NCBI RefSeq assembly: GCF_013167455.1
Contig: NZ_CP038328.1
DNA from: Escherichia coli O157:H7
Lineage (GTDB): Bacteria > Pseudomonadota > Gammaproteobacteria > Enterobacterales > Enterobacteriaceae
Length of the DNA stretch: 64,000 nt
Reading direction: 5' to 3' (one strand)
The first letter of the stretch is position 1, and each line of letters starts with the position of its first letter. The notes under the pieces are model-generated. The model was not told the DNA's origin. It ran no database searches and was given only the letters and a program-made list of their open reading frames with translations. Positions 47,988 to 61,872 of the stretch are shown piece by piece. A program made the translations under genes and the position numbers.

Positions 47988-48020
47988 AAAGGCTGACGAT
48001 TTCTCGTCAGCCTTTGCTAT
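47988..48020. terminator. Bidirectional terminator shared by yqjH (+) and ileX (-)
   Basis: AAAGGCTGACGA-TTTC-TCGTCAGCCTTT hairpin with T-runs on both strands. Confidence 0.65.
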
Positions 48021-48024
48021 ATCT

Positions 48025-48099
48025 GGTGGCCCCTGCTGGACTTGAACCAGCGACCAAGCGATTATGAGTCGCCTGCTCTAACCACTGAGCTAAGGGGCC
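48025..48099 (-). tRNA. ileX: tRNA-Ile2 (anticodon CAU, lysidine-modified; K-12 ileX)
   Basis: Minus-strand sequence GGCCCCTTAGCTCAGTGGTTAGAGCAGGCGACTCATAATCGCTTGGTCGCTGGTTCAAGTCCAGCAGGGGCCACCA folds as a cloverleaf; encoded CCA end; anticodon loop CTCATAA. Confidence 0.9.
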
Positions 48100-48223
48100 A
48101 TGGTAGCGGATTATAAAGTAACTCCGTGTCGCAATCCAGCCATTACCGCGCGCCTGCTGTTTTTATAAACAATGTATTTTCAATCCGTTATACTTTTCCT
48201 GGTGATGTTAGAAAGGAGTAAAT

Positions 48224-48730
48224 ATGGTTGAGGATATTTTGGCTCCAGGGTTACGGGTCGTGTTTTGCGGTATCAACCCTGGGCTTTCATCCGCCGGGAC
48301 TGGTTTTCCCTTTGCTCATCCGGCAAATCGCTTCTGGAAGGTGATATATCAGGCCGGGTTTACCGACCATCAGTTGAAGCCGCAGGAGGCACAGCATCTG
48401 CTGGATTATCGTTGTGGCGTCACCAAACTGGTAGACAGGCCAACGGTGCAAGCCAATGAAATTTCAAAGCAAGAGCTACACGCAGGTGGGCGTAAGCTGA
48501 TTGAAAAAATTGAAGATTATCAGCCGCAAGCGTTGGCGATTCTGGGCAAACAAGCATATGAACAGGGATTCAGCCAGCGTGGTGCACAGTGGGGGAAACA
48601 AACGCTCAGCATTGGTTCGACGCAGATTTGGGTGCTGCCAAATCCCAGCGGTTTAAGTCGCGTTTCACTGGAGAAACTGGTTGAAGCGTATCGCGAGCTG
48701 GACCAGGCGCTGGTGGTGCGTGGGCGATAA
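48224..48730 (+). CDS. mug: G/U mismatch-specific DNA glycosylase Mug
   Basis: 168 aa; GINPGL motif. Confidence 0.92.
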
Positions 48731-48758
48731 AAAACGCCACCGAAAAGGTGGCGTTTGT
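48731..48758. terminator. Hairpin terminator between convergent mug and rpoD
   Basis: AAACGCCACC-GAAAA-GGTGGCGTTT. Confidence 0.55.
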
Positions 48759-48771
48759 GCAAAGGGACAGG

Positions 48772-48804
48772 TGCCGGGTGCGGCGTAACGCCTGATCCGG
48801 CCTA
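48772..48804. repeat. REP element downstream of rpoD
   Basis: GCCGGGTGCGGCGTAACGCCTGATCCGGCCTAC. Confidence 0.6.
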
Positions 48805-48808
48805 CCGA

Positions 48809-50650
<1,842 letters not shown>

Positions 50651-50844
50651 AAGACGGTATCCACACTTATTTCATGAGGTTGGTGTTGGGCGATTGACCC
50701 GATGTCCTTCAGCCGTTAACGCTGAAATCCAACGGTTGTTTACCGCCAACGATAATTACGAGGGCGTACTTATATATTTGCCGCTGCCTCTCAGTGCGGC
50801 TGTCGGGGGCTTCCCGATCGCTCTTCGGCACTTAAGCCGTTAAA

Positions 50845-52590
50845 TCACTTTTTCGCCAGCTCCTGGTTTAATGTCCAGAGCTCCAGGCGTTCTTCGTTGC
50901 TTAAACCATGCGTGCGCTCACGAGCGATTAACTCTTCCTGGCGCAGTTCAAGCAGCGAATCAAACATATGGTTGAGTGAGTCGGTGAAGGTTTGCTCAGC
51001 AATATTCTTATCTGCTATATCGTCCCACATCGACAGTTTTTCAAGGGTGGCAGCATTATTTGTACCACGATAGTGCTCTAAAAGTTGCCCGGTGGTCAGA
51101 CCTGGCTGGGAGAGACAAGTGTTGACCAGTTCTCTGAATAAGCCAAGTCCAGGGAGCTTATTTTCATCCAGATTCTCAAGCGGCGGGACCAACGTCGCTA
51201 ATTCTGGATTTTGCACCAGCAACCCTATAAGTATACGCATGGTCGTGCGTTTTAGCTGCGGAACAGGGCGAGAAACGCCGCTCTCTGCCGCTTTTGGCAT
51301 TAATCGTTCAAGCTGGCTGTCATCAAGTATGCCTAATTTGTTGCCTAATTCCTGACGAAGATATATTCGCAGCGTTTCGCCCGGCACTTGCGATATCAAT
51401 GGCAGTGCCAGCGTACTCAAACGTGCGCGCCCGTCAGGGGTACTCAGATCAACTTGCGGCATCAGGCTGTTAAACAGAAATGCGGAAAGCGGCATCGCCT
51501 GCTCCATCCGCGCTTCAAACGCTTCTTTACCTTCTTTTCGTACCAGCGTGTCAGGGTCTTCGCCATCAGGCAAAAACATAAAGCGTAGCTGACGGCCGTC
51601 TGTCATGTAAGGCAGCGCCGTTTCCAGCGCTCGCCATGCGGCATCACGGCCTGCACGGTCGCCGTCATAACAGCAAATGACATTGTTGGTCGCGCGGAAC
51701 AACAGTTGTATGTGATCGGCGGTGGTTGACGTACCTAACGACGCAACGGCGTAATTAATGCCGTATTGCGCCAGCGCCACCACGTCCATATAGCCTTCGA
51801 CCACAAGCAGACGATTGGGTTCAGCGTTATCCTGCTGCGCTTCATAAAGACCGTAAAGCTGGCGGCCTTTATGGAAAATGTCTGTTTCCGGCGAGTTCAG
51901 GTATTTGGGGGTATCGTTGCCCAGCACACGCCCGCCAAAACCAATCACCCGACCGCGTTTATCGCGAATGGGGAACATCACCCGCTCGCGGAAACGATCG
52001 TAACTGCGTCCCTGATCGTTAGTGACCAACATCCCCGCATCAATCAATGACTGGCGATTTTCTGGATTGCCGCCAAACCGCTTCAGGACGTTGTCCCAGC
52101 CGGGAGGCGCAAAACCAATCGCAAAGCGAGCGATAACCTCGTGGCTTAATCCGCGTTTTTCCAGATACTGGCGCGCAGACGTGGCAACAGGTTGTTGTAA
52201 AGATTGTTGGTAAAACGTATTCAGACCGTCCATCAACTGATAAAGCGTTTGCCGCTGATGGCGCTCGATCTGGCTGGGGCCGCTACCTGCTTCAAATGGC
52301 ACTTCAAGATTGTGCATTGCCGCCAGCTCTTCGACCGTTTCGACGAACTCAAGCTTGTCGTAGTTCATCAGGAAGTCGATCGCGTTGCCGTGCGCGCCAC
52401 ATCCAAAGCAGTGGTAAAACTGTTTCTCACCGTTAACGGTGAAGGACGGGGTTTTCTCGTTGTGGAATGGACAACACGCGTGGAAATTCTTGCCCTGCTT
52501 TTTCAGCTTCACACGGGCATCGATCAGATCGACGATGTCAGTGCGTGCCAGCAGATCATTAATGAATACGCGTGGGATTCGTCCAGCCAT
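50845..52590 (-). CDS. dnaG: DNA primase DnaG
   Basis: 581 aa; zinc-ribbon CPFHNEKTPSF and TOPRIM motifs. Confidence 0.95.
   Translation of the reverse strand: MAGRIPRVFINDLLARTDIVDLIDARVKLKKQGKNFHACCPFHNEKTPSFTVNGEKQFYHCFGCGAHGNAIDFLMNYDKLEFVETVEELAAMHNLEVPFEAGSGPSQIERHQRQTLYQLMDGLNTFYQQSLQQPVATSARQYLEKRGLSHEVIARFAIGFAPPGWDNVLKRFGGNPENRQSLIDAGMLVTNDQGRSYDRFRERVMFPIRDKRGRVIGFGGRVLGNDTPKYLNSPETDIFHKGRQLYGLYEAQQDNAEPNRLLVVEGYMDVVALAQYGINYAVASLGTSTTADHIQLLFRATNNVICCYDGDRAGRDAAWRALETALPYMTDGRQLRFMFLPDGEDPDTLVRKEGKEAFEARMEQAMPLSAFLFNSLMPQVDLSTPDGRARLSTLALPLISQVPGETLRIYLRQELGNKLGILDDSQLERLMPKAAESGVSRPVPQLKRTTMRILIGLLVQNPELATLVPPLENLDENKLPGLGLFRELVNTCLSQPGLTTGQLLEHYRGTNNAATLEKLSMWDDIADKNIAEQTFTDSLNHMFDSLLELRQEELIARERTHGLSNEERLELWTLNQELAKK
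51005..51048 (-). promoter_or_regulatory. Candidate sigma-32 heat-shock promoter (Phs) for rpoD embedded in the dnaG 3' coding region
   Basis: Minus-strand CCACCCTTGAAAAACTGTCGATGTGGGACGATATAGCAGATAAG contains the CTTGAAA -35 element; recalled from the literature, not computed. Confidence 0.45.
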
Positions 52591-52700
52591 AGGCCCCGAT
52601 TTTTAGCAATTCATAAACGAAAATAAGCCGCGCATTCCTTTCGGAAGCACGGCCTTACAACTACAACTCGGTCTGATCGGAGAGCAACGCTCTCGGGGAA

Positions 52701-52955
<255 letters not shown>

Positions 52956-53153
52956 TCAACGCCAGCTTATTTCAAAATGGTGCGGAATTTTACTGCAATT
53001 GCTGCTGCTTTGTAAAGCACCGCGGCCTTTTTTGAAAGGGACTTTTATAAGGGTGAGGAGTATACACGAGGCTTTCTCCAGGGGCGAACAAAGTTTTACA
53101 TCAACCCGCATTGGTCCTACACTGCGCGGTAATAAAGCGAGGTAAAACAAGTC

Positions 53154-54167
53154 ATGCGTGTACTGGGTATTGAAACTTCCTGCGATGAAACCGGCATCGC
53201 CATTTACGACGATGAAAAAGGTTTGTTAGCCAACCAATTGTATAGTCAGGTGAAATTGCACGCTGACTACGGGGGCGTTGTGCCTGAACTGGCCTCCCGC
53301 GATCATGTGCGTAAAACCGTACCGTTGATCCAGGCGGCGCTAAAGGAGTCTGGTTTAACGGCAAAAGACATTGATGCTGTGGCCTATACCGCAGGCCCTG
53401 GATTAGTCGGCGCACTGCTGGTTGGCGCGACCGTGGGGCGTTCTCTGGCGTTTGCCTGGAACGTTCCGGCGATCCCTGTACACCATATGGAAGGGCATCT
53501 GTTAGCGCCGATGCTGGAAGATAACCCGCCGGAATTTCCGTTTGTTGCGCTGCTGGTTTCCGGCGGTCATACGCAGTTAATCAGCGTGACTGGCATTGGT
53601 CAGTACGAGCTGCTCGGCGAGTCTATCGATGATGCCGCCGGTGAAGCGTTTGATAAAACCGCGAAGCTGCTGGGGCTGGATTATCCTGGCGGACCGTTAC
53701 TGTCGAAAATGGCGGCGCAGGGTACTGCCGGGCGCTTTGTTTTCCCGCGTCCGATGACCGACCGTCCGGGGCTGGATTTCAGCTTCTCCGGCCTGAAAAC
53801 CTTCGCGGCAAATACCATTCGTGACAACGGCACCGACGACCAGACGCGTGCTGACATCGCCCGCGCCTTTGAAGATGCGGTGGTCGATACGTTGATGATT
53901 AAGTGTAAGCGTGCGCTGGATCAGACGGGCTTTAAGCGACTGGTCATGGCGGGCGGCGTGAGTGCTAACCGCACGTTACGGGCGAAGCTGGCTGAAATGA
54001 TGAAAAAACGCCGCGGCGAAGTGTTCTACGCGCGTCCGGAATTTTGTACTGATAACGGCGCGATGATCGCCTATGCCGGAATGGTGCGGTTTAAAGCAGG
54101 CGCGACGGCGGATCTCGGCGTTAGCGTGCGTCCGCGCTGGCCGCTGGCGGAGTTACCGGCTGCGTAA
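53154..54167 (+). CDS. tsaD: tRNA N6-threonylcarbamoyladenosine synthase TsaD
   Basis: 337 aa; [20 protein letters not shown]... Kae1/TsaD family. Confidence 0.95.
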   Translation: MRVLGIETSCDETGIAIYDDEKGLLANQLYSQVKLHADYGGVVPELASRDHVRKTVPLIQAALKESGLTAKDIDAVAYTAGPGLVGALLVGATVGRSLAFAWNVPAIPVHHMEGHLLAPMLEDNPPEFPFVALLVSGGHTQLISVTGIGQYELLGESIDDAAGEAFDKTAKLLGLDYPGGPLLSKMAAQGTAGRFVFPRPMTDRPGLDFSFSGLKTFAANTIRDNGTDDQTRADIARAFEDAVVDTLMIKCKRALDQTGFKRLVMAGGVSANRTLRAKLAEMMKKRRGEVFYARPEFCTDNGAMIAYAGMVRFKAGATADLGVSVRPRWPLAELPAA

Positions 54168-54175
54168 AACTATCG

Positions 54176-54201
54176 GGTGCCGGAGAGTTACTTCCGGCAC
54201 C
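54176..54201. terminator. Hairpin between convergent tsaD and ttdT
   Basis: GGTGCCGGA-N8-CCGGCACC inverted repeat; weak U-tract. Confidence 0.4.
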
Positions 54202-54209
54202 GTCCTTAC

Positions 54210-55673
54210 TTAAAGCAACACCACGGGCATCCACAGTAAGCCGGTAATCACCAGCAATACGAGGAATATCAGCCCAAAAATCGCCCCCAGTCGCCAGTAA
54301 TCCGCCGTTGGCAGATAACCACTGCCGTAGTAAATCGGACTGGGGCCGGTGGCGTATGGTGTAAGAATGCTCCCCAGACCAATTGCCGCACCAACCATCA
54401 GGCAGAACACCGGCAGCGGGATTTCCGGCATCGCCAGCGCAGCGGCAATCATCATCGGTGCGAGAGCGGAGGTATACGCCGTGGCGCTGGCAAAAAAGTA
54501 GCGCAGTAGATAAAACACCACAATCAACGCCACCATCACCATCGTTGGCGAATAACCGCTTAAGCTGCCTGCTAACAGTTTGCCAAACCAGCTAATAAAA
54601 CCGGTGTTGTTGAGTCCGGTCGCGAGGGTGATAAGCGAGGCCAGCCAGAAGAAAACGTTCCACGCCGCTTTATTACTGACAATATCGTCCCAACTGATAA
54701 TGCGCAGAAGCAGCATCAGCGCCACCACGCTGTAACCGACCATCGCGGCATCGATATAATCACCGCCGAAAATCCACAGCACCAGCGCGCCTACCATCAG
54801 CCCCAGCATCCGTTTTTCACGCGAACAGAGCGGGCCCATTGCCTGCAGTTCCGTCTCTGCCCAGCGCGGCACCTGATCGCCTGACTTCAGTACAGGCGGG
54901 TACAGCACGTAAGCCAGCCAGGGAACCAGCAGGACCAGTAAAATACTGAGCGGCAACATCCCGAGGAACCAGTCGCCCCAACTCAGCGTGGCGTGAGATG
55001 CGCTTTTCATCAGTCCAATTAACAGCAAGTTAGGAGCCATCGCCGTCAGGAAAATGGCGCTGGTCACGCAATCGGCAACAATCCCCATCCACATGATGTA
55101 CGAGCCAATACTGCGCGAACTGCTGTCGTTTGGTTGTGATTGATAGAGCGGCGGCAGGTTACGGATGATGGGATAGATAATCCCCGCACCACGCGCCGAG
55201 TTGGACGGTGTGACAGGTGCCAGGATCAGCTCGGAGAACATCACCGCATAGCCAAGAAACAGCGTGCGATGCCCCATCTTTTTCACCAGAATCAGCGCGA
55301 TACGTCGCCCCAGCCCGGTTTTTTCATAGCCTGTGCCAAACATAAAGGCGGCGAAAATCAGCCAGATAACCGAATTAGAAAAACCGGAAACGGCCCACGA
55401 GAGGGATTTTGCAGTGAATTTAAAGCCTGGCTGAGCGAGCTGCTCCGGGCTGAACAGCAGCCAGGGAGAGAGTATGGCGATGATGGAGATACCCACCATC
55501 GCCACCACGGCACCCGGCACGGGTTCGAGGATCAGTCCAACGATTACGCCAGTAAAAACGGCAAAGTAGAGCCAGGTATGACTCTCCAGCCCTGCGGGAA
55601 CCGGAATTAGAGCAATAATGGCGATGACCGCCAGCGGCGCAAGGTATCGCCACCATTCAGTGGAAGGTTTCAT
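54210..55673 (-). CDS. ttdT: L-tartrate/succinate antiporter TtdT
   Basis: 487 aa DASS-family transporter. Confidence 0.9.
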   Translation of the reverse strand: MKPSTEWWRYLAPLAVIAIIALIPVPAGLESHTWLYFAVFTGVIVGLILEPVPGAVVAMVGISIIAILSPWLLFSPEQLAQPGFKFTAKSLSWAVSGFSNSVIWLIFAAFMFGTGYEKTGLGRRIALILVKKMGHRTLFLGYAVMFSELILAPVTPSNSARGAGIIYPIIRNLPPLYQSQPNDSSSRSIGSYIMWMGIVADCVTSAIFLTAMAPNLLLIGLMKSASHATLSWGDWFLGMLPLSILLVLLVPWLAYVLYPPVLKSGDQVPRWAETELQAMGPLCSREKRMLGLMVGALVLWIFGGDYIDAAMVGYSVVALMLLLRIISWDDIVSNKAAWNVFFWLASLITLATGLNNTGFISWFGKLLAGSLSGYSPTMVMVALIVVFYLLRYFFASATAYTSALAPMMIAAALAMPEIPLPVFCLMVGAAIGLGSILTPYATGPSPIYYGSGYLPTADYWRLGAIFGLIFLVLLVITGLLWMPVVLL

Positions 55674-55721
55674 CGTGTTATGCCTGCGAAAAAGGAGAGG
55701 GGGCGAGCCTCTCCGGGAGGG

Positions 55722-56327
55722 TTATTTGATGTAATGGACGTGCTCGCAGATCTCTTCCACGATGGGATCGCGGCGTTCGGCGAACAGCTTTTTGTTTTCG
55801 GCTATCAGGTTGTTGCCGTGGGTATCAATAGAGACAATCAGCGGGCCGAACTCTTTGACCCGGCAGACCCACAGTGACTCCGGCATCCCGAGTTCTGTCC
55901 AGTGCACTTCTTCAATCTCTTCCACCTGGGTTGCCGCCAGCACCGCGCAGCCTGCCGGGAAAATTACATGTAGCGCCTTGAATTTCTGACAGCCTTCTTC
56001 GGTCAGCGGCCCCATTCCGCCTTTGCCGACCACCAGTTTCACGCCGGTCTGCTCGATAAATTCACGTTCAAAACTTTCCATACGCATACTGGTTGTCGGA
56101 CCGACGGAGACCATCTCCCATTTGTCGCCGTTTTTGCGCACGATGGGGCCAGCGTGGAAAATCGCTTTGCCGTTGAGATCGTAAGGGAGCGGACGTTTCA
56201 GTTCGATCAATCGGCGGTGACAAACGTCACGGCAGGTCACCAGCGTACCGGTCAGATAGATCACATCGCCGACGTGAATATCTTGCAGATCTTCAGCTTT
56301 GATCGGGGTTGTCAGGATCTTTTTCAT
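55722..56327 (-). CDS. ttdB: L(+)-tartrate dehydratase beta subunit TtdB
   Basis: 201 aa; 4-nt overlap with the ttdA stop. Confidence 0.92.
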
Positions 56328-57235
56328 AACGCGCTCCGGGTGTGAGACAGATTTTCAAAGGTGAGATCGGCATGAACCAGCAGTGTGCCGCGACGATGCG
56401 CCCAGCAACCGGTAGAAACAGCAACGCCGATGGTTGACGGATGGCGGGCGGCAGATTCGATATGCACGCCCATCACTGAACTGTTGCCAGTCAGCCCTTG
56501 TGGACCAATCCCCAGACGGTTGAGTCCTTCTTCCAGGCGTAGCTCCAGCTCTGCCGCTTTTGGATTGGGGTGGCGGCTGCCAATCGGGCGCAAAATGGCT
56601 TTACGCGAGAGTACGGCGGCGGTTTCCACCGAGGTGGCGATGCCCACGCCCACCAGTACCGGTGGACAGGCGTTTACTGCGAGGGTGGAGATATTTTCGA
56701 AGACGAATTTCACCACGCCTTCGTAGCCTTCTGACGGCATTAACACTTTCGAGCGGCCTGGTAGCGTGCAGCCGCCGCCTGCCATGTAAACTTCGATTTC
56801 CGCATCGTCACCGTCGGGGACGATATCCCAGGTGACCCACGGTACGCCGCTACCGGTATTTTTGCCGGTGTTTACTTCGTCAAAAATTTCTACCGCATTG
56901 TGACGCAGCGGCGCTTTGATGGTCGCCTCTTCCACGGCTTGTTTGAGTATGCTTTGCAGCTCGCCAAGCAGTGGGAAGCGGGAACCGACTTTAACGAAGA
57001 ACATAATCTCCCCGGTGTCCTGACAGGCAGGACGATTCAGGTCAATCGCTTTTTGCATGTTGTCGAACATCGTATGGTAGATAATTTTCCCCATCGACGA
57101 CGTTTCGGCATCCTTTAGCTGTTTTAGTTTATCCACCACGTCATCAGGCATTCGGGTAGAAATCATGGCGGTAAAGTTAGCGACAATCTCCGTCAACTTA
57201 TTCACTGCCTGTTGCTTATTACTTTCGCTCATCAT
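56324..57235 (-). CDS. ttdA: L(+)-tartrate dehydratase alpha subunit TtdA (Fe-S hydro-lyase)
   Basis: Trimmed from the 321 aa ORF to the ATG at 57235 ([17 protein letters not shown]...) with GGAG RBS; 303 aa. Confidence 0.9.
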
Positions 57236-57441
57236 GGCAACTCCAGTTTTTGTATTTGTCTGGAAAAATTCACCGCCACAAACTACCACTAAAAATGTGG
57301 TTTTATATTTTTTGCCACCGTGAATATGTAATTAACAGTTCGTGAATCAACGCGAAAATAAGAATGAATATTGCGCCAGAGCAGGGAATGGCAATGTTTT
57401 GCGAAATACACTGCGCTTATCACAACTGCGGATAATTAACG

Positions 57442-58374
57442 ATGCTGAATAGCTGGCCTTTAGCCAAAGACTTGCAGGTACTGGTAGAAATCGTCCACAG
57501 CGGGAGTTTTAGTGCTGCAGCGGCGACGCTTGGGCAAACGCCTGCATTTGTCACCAAGCGGATCCAAATCCTTGAAAATACGCTGGCAACAACGCTGCTG
57601 AACCGCTCCGCTCGCGGCGTGGCGCTGACTGAAAGTGGCCAACGTTGTTACGAACATGCGCTGGAAATCCTCACCCAATATCAGCGACTGGTCGATGACG
57701 TCACGCAAATCAAAACGCGCCCGGAGGGGATGATTCGTATTGGTTGCAGTTTTGGTTTTGGGCGCAGCCATATTGCGCCAGCCATTACCGAACTTATGCG
57801 CAATTATCCTGAGTTACAGGTGTATTTTGAATTGTTCGATCGGCAAATTGATTTAGTGCAGGATAATATTGATCTGGATATTCGTATTAATGACGAAATT
57901 CCTGATTATTATATTGCGCATCTGTTAACGAAAAATAAAAGAATATTATGCGCAGCACCTGAGTATCTGCAAAAATATCCGCAGCCACAATCCCTACAGG
58001 AATTAAGTCGTCATGACTGTCTGGTGACCAAAGAGCGCGATATGACCCACGGAATATGGGAGTTGGGGAACGGTCAGGAGAAAAAATCGGTGAAGGTTAG
58101 CGGGCATCTTTCCTCCAATAGCGGCGAGATTGTGCTGCAATGGGCGCTGGAGGGCAAAGGGATTATGCTGCGTTCCGAGTGGGATGTGTTGCCGTTTCTG
58201 GAGAGTGGCAAACTGGTGCAAGTATTGCCGGAGTATGCACAAAGCGCCAATATCTGGGCTGTTTACCGGGAGCCGCTCTATCGCAGCATGAAATTACGTG
58301 TCTGCGTGGAATTTCTGGCGGCATGGTGCCAGCAACGGCTGGGCAAACCCGATGAAGGCTATCAGGTCATGTAG
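57442..58374 (+). CDS. ttdR: LysR-family activator of the ttd operon, TtdR
   Basis: 310 aa; divergent from ttdA. Confidence 0.9.
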
Positions 58375-58386
58375 ATCCACCAGAAA

Positions 58387-59004
58387 TCACTCGGGATCCT
58401 TTTCGCGCTTTCTTTTGAATTTCGTCCAGATTTTTGTCTCCTGACGACGCCACAGACGCTGGATGTTGTCATGATGACGCAGCAGGATCAGGCAAGAGAG
58501 CATCGAAACCGGGAAGGTGAATTGTGGCTTAAACCACCAGACATAAAACGGAGCAATCAGTGCACTGACAATCGCTCCCAGCGACGAGTATCCGCTCAAT
58601 AGCACGGTCAGTAACCAGGTTCCCGCCATTACTCCGGTGAGATCCCAGCCAATGGGGGCGATGGCACCAAAAGCGGTAGCAACGCCTTTTCCTCCTTTAA
58701 ATCCGAAGAAAACGGGCCAGATGTGTCCAAGACAGGCGGCGATGGCAATTAAGCCTAGCCAGAAGGGGCTGACACCTAATTCATACGCGCCCCAGACGGG
58801 CAACATTCCTTTCAGAACGTCGAAAATCAGTACTGCTACGGCTGCTCCTTTGCCACCTATACGTAACACGTTAGTTGCGCCAGGATTACCGGAGCCGCTG
58901 GTTCGCGGATCGGGCAGCCCACACAGGCGGCAAACCAGAATGGCACTGGAAATGGAGCCGCAGAGGTACGCGATGAGGATCATTCCAGGCGCGATTGCAC
59001 TCAT
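58387..59004 (-). CDS. plsY: Glycerol-3-phosphate acyltransferase PlsY
   Basis: Trimmed from the 248 aa ORF to the ATG at 59004 ([24 protein letters not shown]...); 205 aa. Confidence 0.9.
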
Positions 59005-59109
59005 AAGCTGTTCCGTTTTGAAAATTCGTGTTAAACGATGAATCTGTGGATAATACGCACATTTCGCCGGAAGTGGTATCCGGGTTAGCCAAAAAGCGAG
59101 CAGGTCGTG

Positions 59110-59478
59110 ATGGATATTGTATTTATAGAGCAACTTTCGGTAATCACCACTATTGGTGTTTACGACTGGGAACAGACCATCGAACAGAAATTAGTGTTCG
59201 ATATCGAAATGGCGTGGGATAACCGTAAAGCGGCAAAAAGCGATAATGTGGCGGATTGCCTCAGCTACGCTGACATTGCAGAAACGGTGGTCAGCCACGT
59301 CGAGGGGGCACGTTTTGCGCTGGTGGAGCGCGTGGCGGAAGAGGTGGCAGAGCTGCTGTTAGCACGCTTCAACTCGCCGTGGGTGCGTATCAAACTCAGC
59401 AAGCCAGGCGCAGTGGCGCGGGCGGCGAATGTTGGCGTAATCATTGAGCGTGGCAATAATCTGAAAGAAAATAATTAA
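59110..59478 (+). CDS. folB: Dihydroneopterin aldolase FolB
   Basis: ATG at 59110 ([22 protein letters not shown]...); 122 aa. Confidence 0.9.
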
Positions 59479-59568
59479 TTTTACAGCTGTTAAACCAAAC
59501 GGTTATAACCTGGTCATACTGCAGTAGTTCGGACAAGCGTTACATTTTTATAATTTAGGGGTTTATTG

Positions 59569-60390
59569 ATGAGCGATATGCACTCGCTGCTGATAGCGGC
59601 AATATTGGGTGTGGTCGAAGGATTGACAGAATTTCTGCCGGTATCCAGCACGGGCCATATGATTATTGTCGGTCACTTGTTGGGGTTTGAGGGCGACACG
59701 GCGAAAACCTTTGAAGTTGTGATCCAGTTAGGATCAATTCTGGCGGTAGTAGTGATGTTCTGGCGGCGTCTGTTTGGCCTGATTGGCATCCACTTTGGCC
59801 GCCCGTTGCAGCACGAAGGAGAAAGCAAAGGTCGTTTAACGCTGATCCACATTTTGCTGGGGATGATTCCGGCGGTGGTACTGGGGCTGTTGTTCCACGA
59901 CACGATTAAGTCATTGTTTAACCCGATAAATGTGATGTATGCGCTGGTCGTTGGCGGTTTGTTGCTGATTGCCGCCGAATGCCTGAAGCCGAAAGAGCCG
60001 CGTGCGCCGGGTCTTGATGATATGACCTATCGTCAGGCGTTTATGATTGGTTGTTTCCAGTGTCTGGCGCTGTGGCCGGGTTTCTCCCGTTCCGGGGCGA
60101 CCATTTCAGGTGGGATGCTGATGGGGGTGAGCCGTTACGCTGCTTCCGAGTTTTCGTTCCTGCTGGCGGTGCCGATGATGATGGGCGCAACGGCGCTCGA
60201 TCTCTACAAAAGCTGGGGCTTCCTGACAAGCGGCGATATCCCGATGTTTGCCGTTGGGTTTATCACCGCTTTTGTGGTGGCGCTGATAGCGATTAAAACC
60301 TTCCTGCAATTGATTAAGCGCATTTCGTTTATCCCGTTCGCCATTTATCGCTTTATTGTGGCGGCTGCGGTGTATGTCGTGTTCTTTTAA
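59569..60390 (+). CDS. uppP: Undecaprenyl-diphosphatase UppP (BacA)
   Basis: ATG at 59569 ([30 protein letters not shown]...); 273 aa. Confidence 0.92.
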
Positions 60391-60431
60391 TTGAGGAATA
60401 GTGTCGGATGCCTGGCGTTGTCCACGATTGC

Positions 60432-60558
60432 GTAGGCCGAATAAGGCGTTCACGCCGCGTCCGGCAATCAACGCTTGATGCGACGCTTGCGCGTCTTATC
60501 AGGCCTACAACTGTCGTTGACATGTAGCCGGATAAGGCGTTTACGCCGCATCCGGCAA
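60432..60558. repeat. BIME: three REP palindromes in alternating orientation
   Basis: GTAGGCCGAATAAGGCG...; TGATGCGACGCTTGCGCGTCTTATCAGGCCTAC; GTAGCCGGATAAGGCGTTTACGCCGCATCCGGCAA. Confidence 0.75.
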
Positions 60559-60570
60559 AATGCCCAATAC

Positions 60571-61809
60571 TCACTCAGGCTTTGGGCAACGTTGTTCCTT
60601 CCAGCTGGCTACCGCCGCAATCCGCCGTCGGGTCAGCTCCTCGCGAATCTCCACACCTTTAAATCCCGCTTCAACGACGGCTTTTGTCGGCACTGACTGC
60701 GCCACTTCCCAGGCTTCGCGCAACCAGCGGCCTTGCGGGTAGTCCGCTGATTCAAAACCGGTTCTGCCGCGCACGTCAGCCTCGCTGGTCAGCGCCAGTT
60801 GCTCGACACGCTGCGGTTTACGCCAGGCATCGATGGAATCAAATAATTTGACGATGGTTTTTGGGTTCAGCATTGGGAAGGTGTGGATGAGATCGTGAAA
60901 CTCAGCCACCAGTCTGGCTAAATCGCGAATTTCATTTGGCACGCGCAGACGCTGGCATAGTTGTTCCACTAACTTAACACCCGCCGGGCCATGACCATGA
61001 TGACGCGGCCAGAGTTCTGGCGGCGTCAGTCCTTTACCGAGATCGTGGCATAAAGTTGTGAAACGGACATCGACCTGCGGACTCAGCATCGCCGCCATTG
61101 AGAGCGTCATTAAGGTATGAATACCCGTGTCGATTTCCGGATGCCACCTGGCAGGGGCCGGAACACCAAACAGGGCGTCAATTTCCGGGAATAAAACGCG
61201 CAGTGCGCCGCAATCGCGCAGTACCTGGAAGAACACCTGTGGATTGCGGGTGGTGAGGGCGTTTTCTGTCTCTTTCCATACCCGTTCAGGCGTCAGGTGT
61301 TCCAGTTCACCCGCATGGGTCATCTCGCGCATCAGCGTCAGAGTTTCATCGGCAATACGAAAACCGAGGTGGGCATAACGCGCAGCAAAACGCGCCACGC
61401 GCAGTACGCGTAACGGATCTTCGCCAAAAGCGGGGGAAACATGGCGCAACAGACGATTTTGCAGATCGCCCAGACCGTTGTACGGGTCGATAATCTCGCC
61501 GTTATCGTCCTGGGCCAGCGCATTAATGGTCAGATCGCGACGCTTAAGATCATCTTCCAGCGTGACATCCGGTGCGGCATAGCAGGTAAAACCGGTGTAA
61601 CCGGAGCCGGATTTCCGTTCGGTACGTGCCAGCGCATACTCTTCATGCGTTTGCGGATGCAGAAACACAGGAAAATCGCGGCCTACCTGCTGGTAGCCCG
61701 CGTCGAGCATCTCCTGTGGCGTACTGCCGACCACTACCCAATCTCTGTCTTTGACCGGTAGCCCTAACAATGCATCCCGAACAGCACCACCGACCAGATA
61801 AATCTTCAC
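60571..61809 (-). CDS. cca: tRNA nucleotidyltransferase (CCA-adding enzyme) with HD phosphohydrolase domain
   Basis: 412 aa; [16 protein letters not shown]... Confidence 0.93.
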   Translation of the reverse strand: MKIYLVGGAVRDALLGLPVKDRDWVVVGSTPQEMLDAGYQQVGRDFPVFLHPQTHEEYALARTERKSGSGYTGFTCYAAPDVTLEDDLKRRDLTINALAQDDNGEIIDPYNGLGDLQNRLLRHVSPAFGEDPLRVLRVARFAARYAHLGFRIADETLTLMREMTHAGELEHLTPERVWKETENALTTRNPQVFFQVLRDCGALRVLFPEIDALFGVPAPARWHPEIDTGIHTLMTLSMAAMLSPQVDVRFTTLCHDLGKGLTPPELWPRHHGHGPAGVKLVEQLCQRLRVPNEIRDLARLVAEFHDLIHTFPMLNPKTIVKLFDSIDAWRKPQRVEQLALTSEADVRGRTGFESADYPQGRWLREAWEVAQSVPTKAVVEAGFKGVEIREELTRRRIAAVASWKEQRCPKPE

Positions 61810-61872
61810 GCCATCATCCCTTCGTCAAATACACAATTCCTAATAATAAGACAGTGCAACGAAGAAGGCGAT

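Noticed and set aside
47988-48223. Possible integrated element at tRNA ileX (tRNA genes are common integration sites)
   Set aside because: No integrase, no direct repeat of the tRNA 3' end, and the flanking genes (yqjH, mug) are the normal K-12 neighbours
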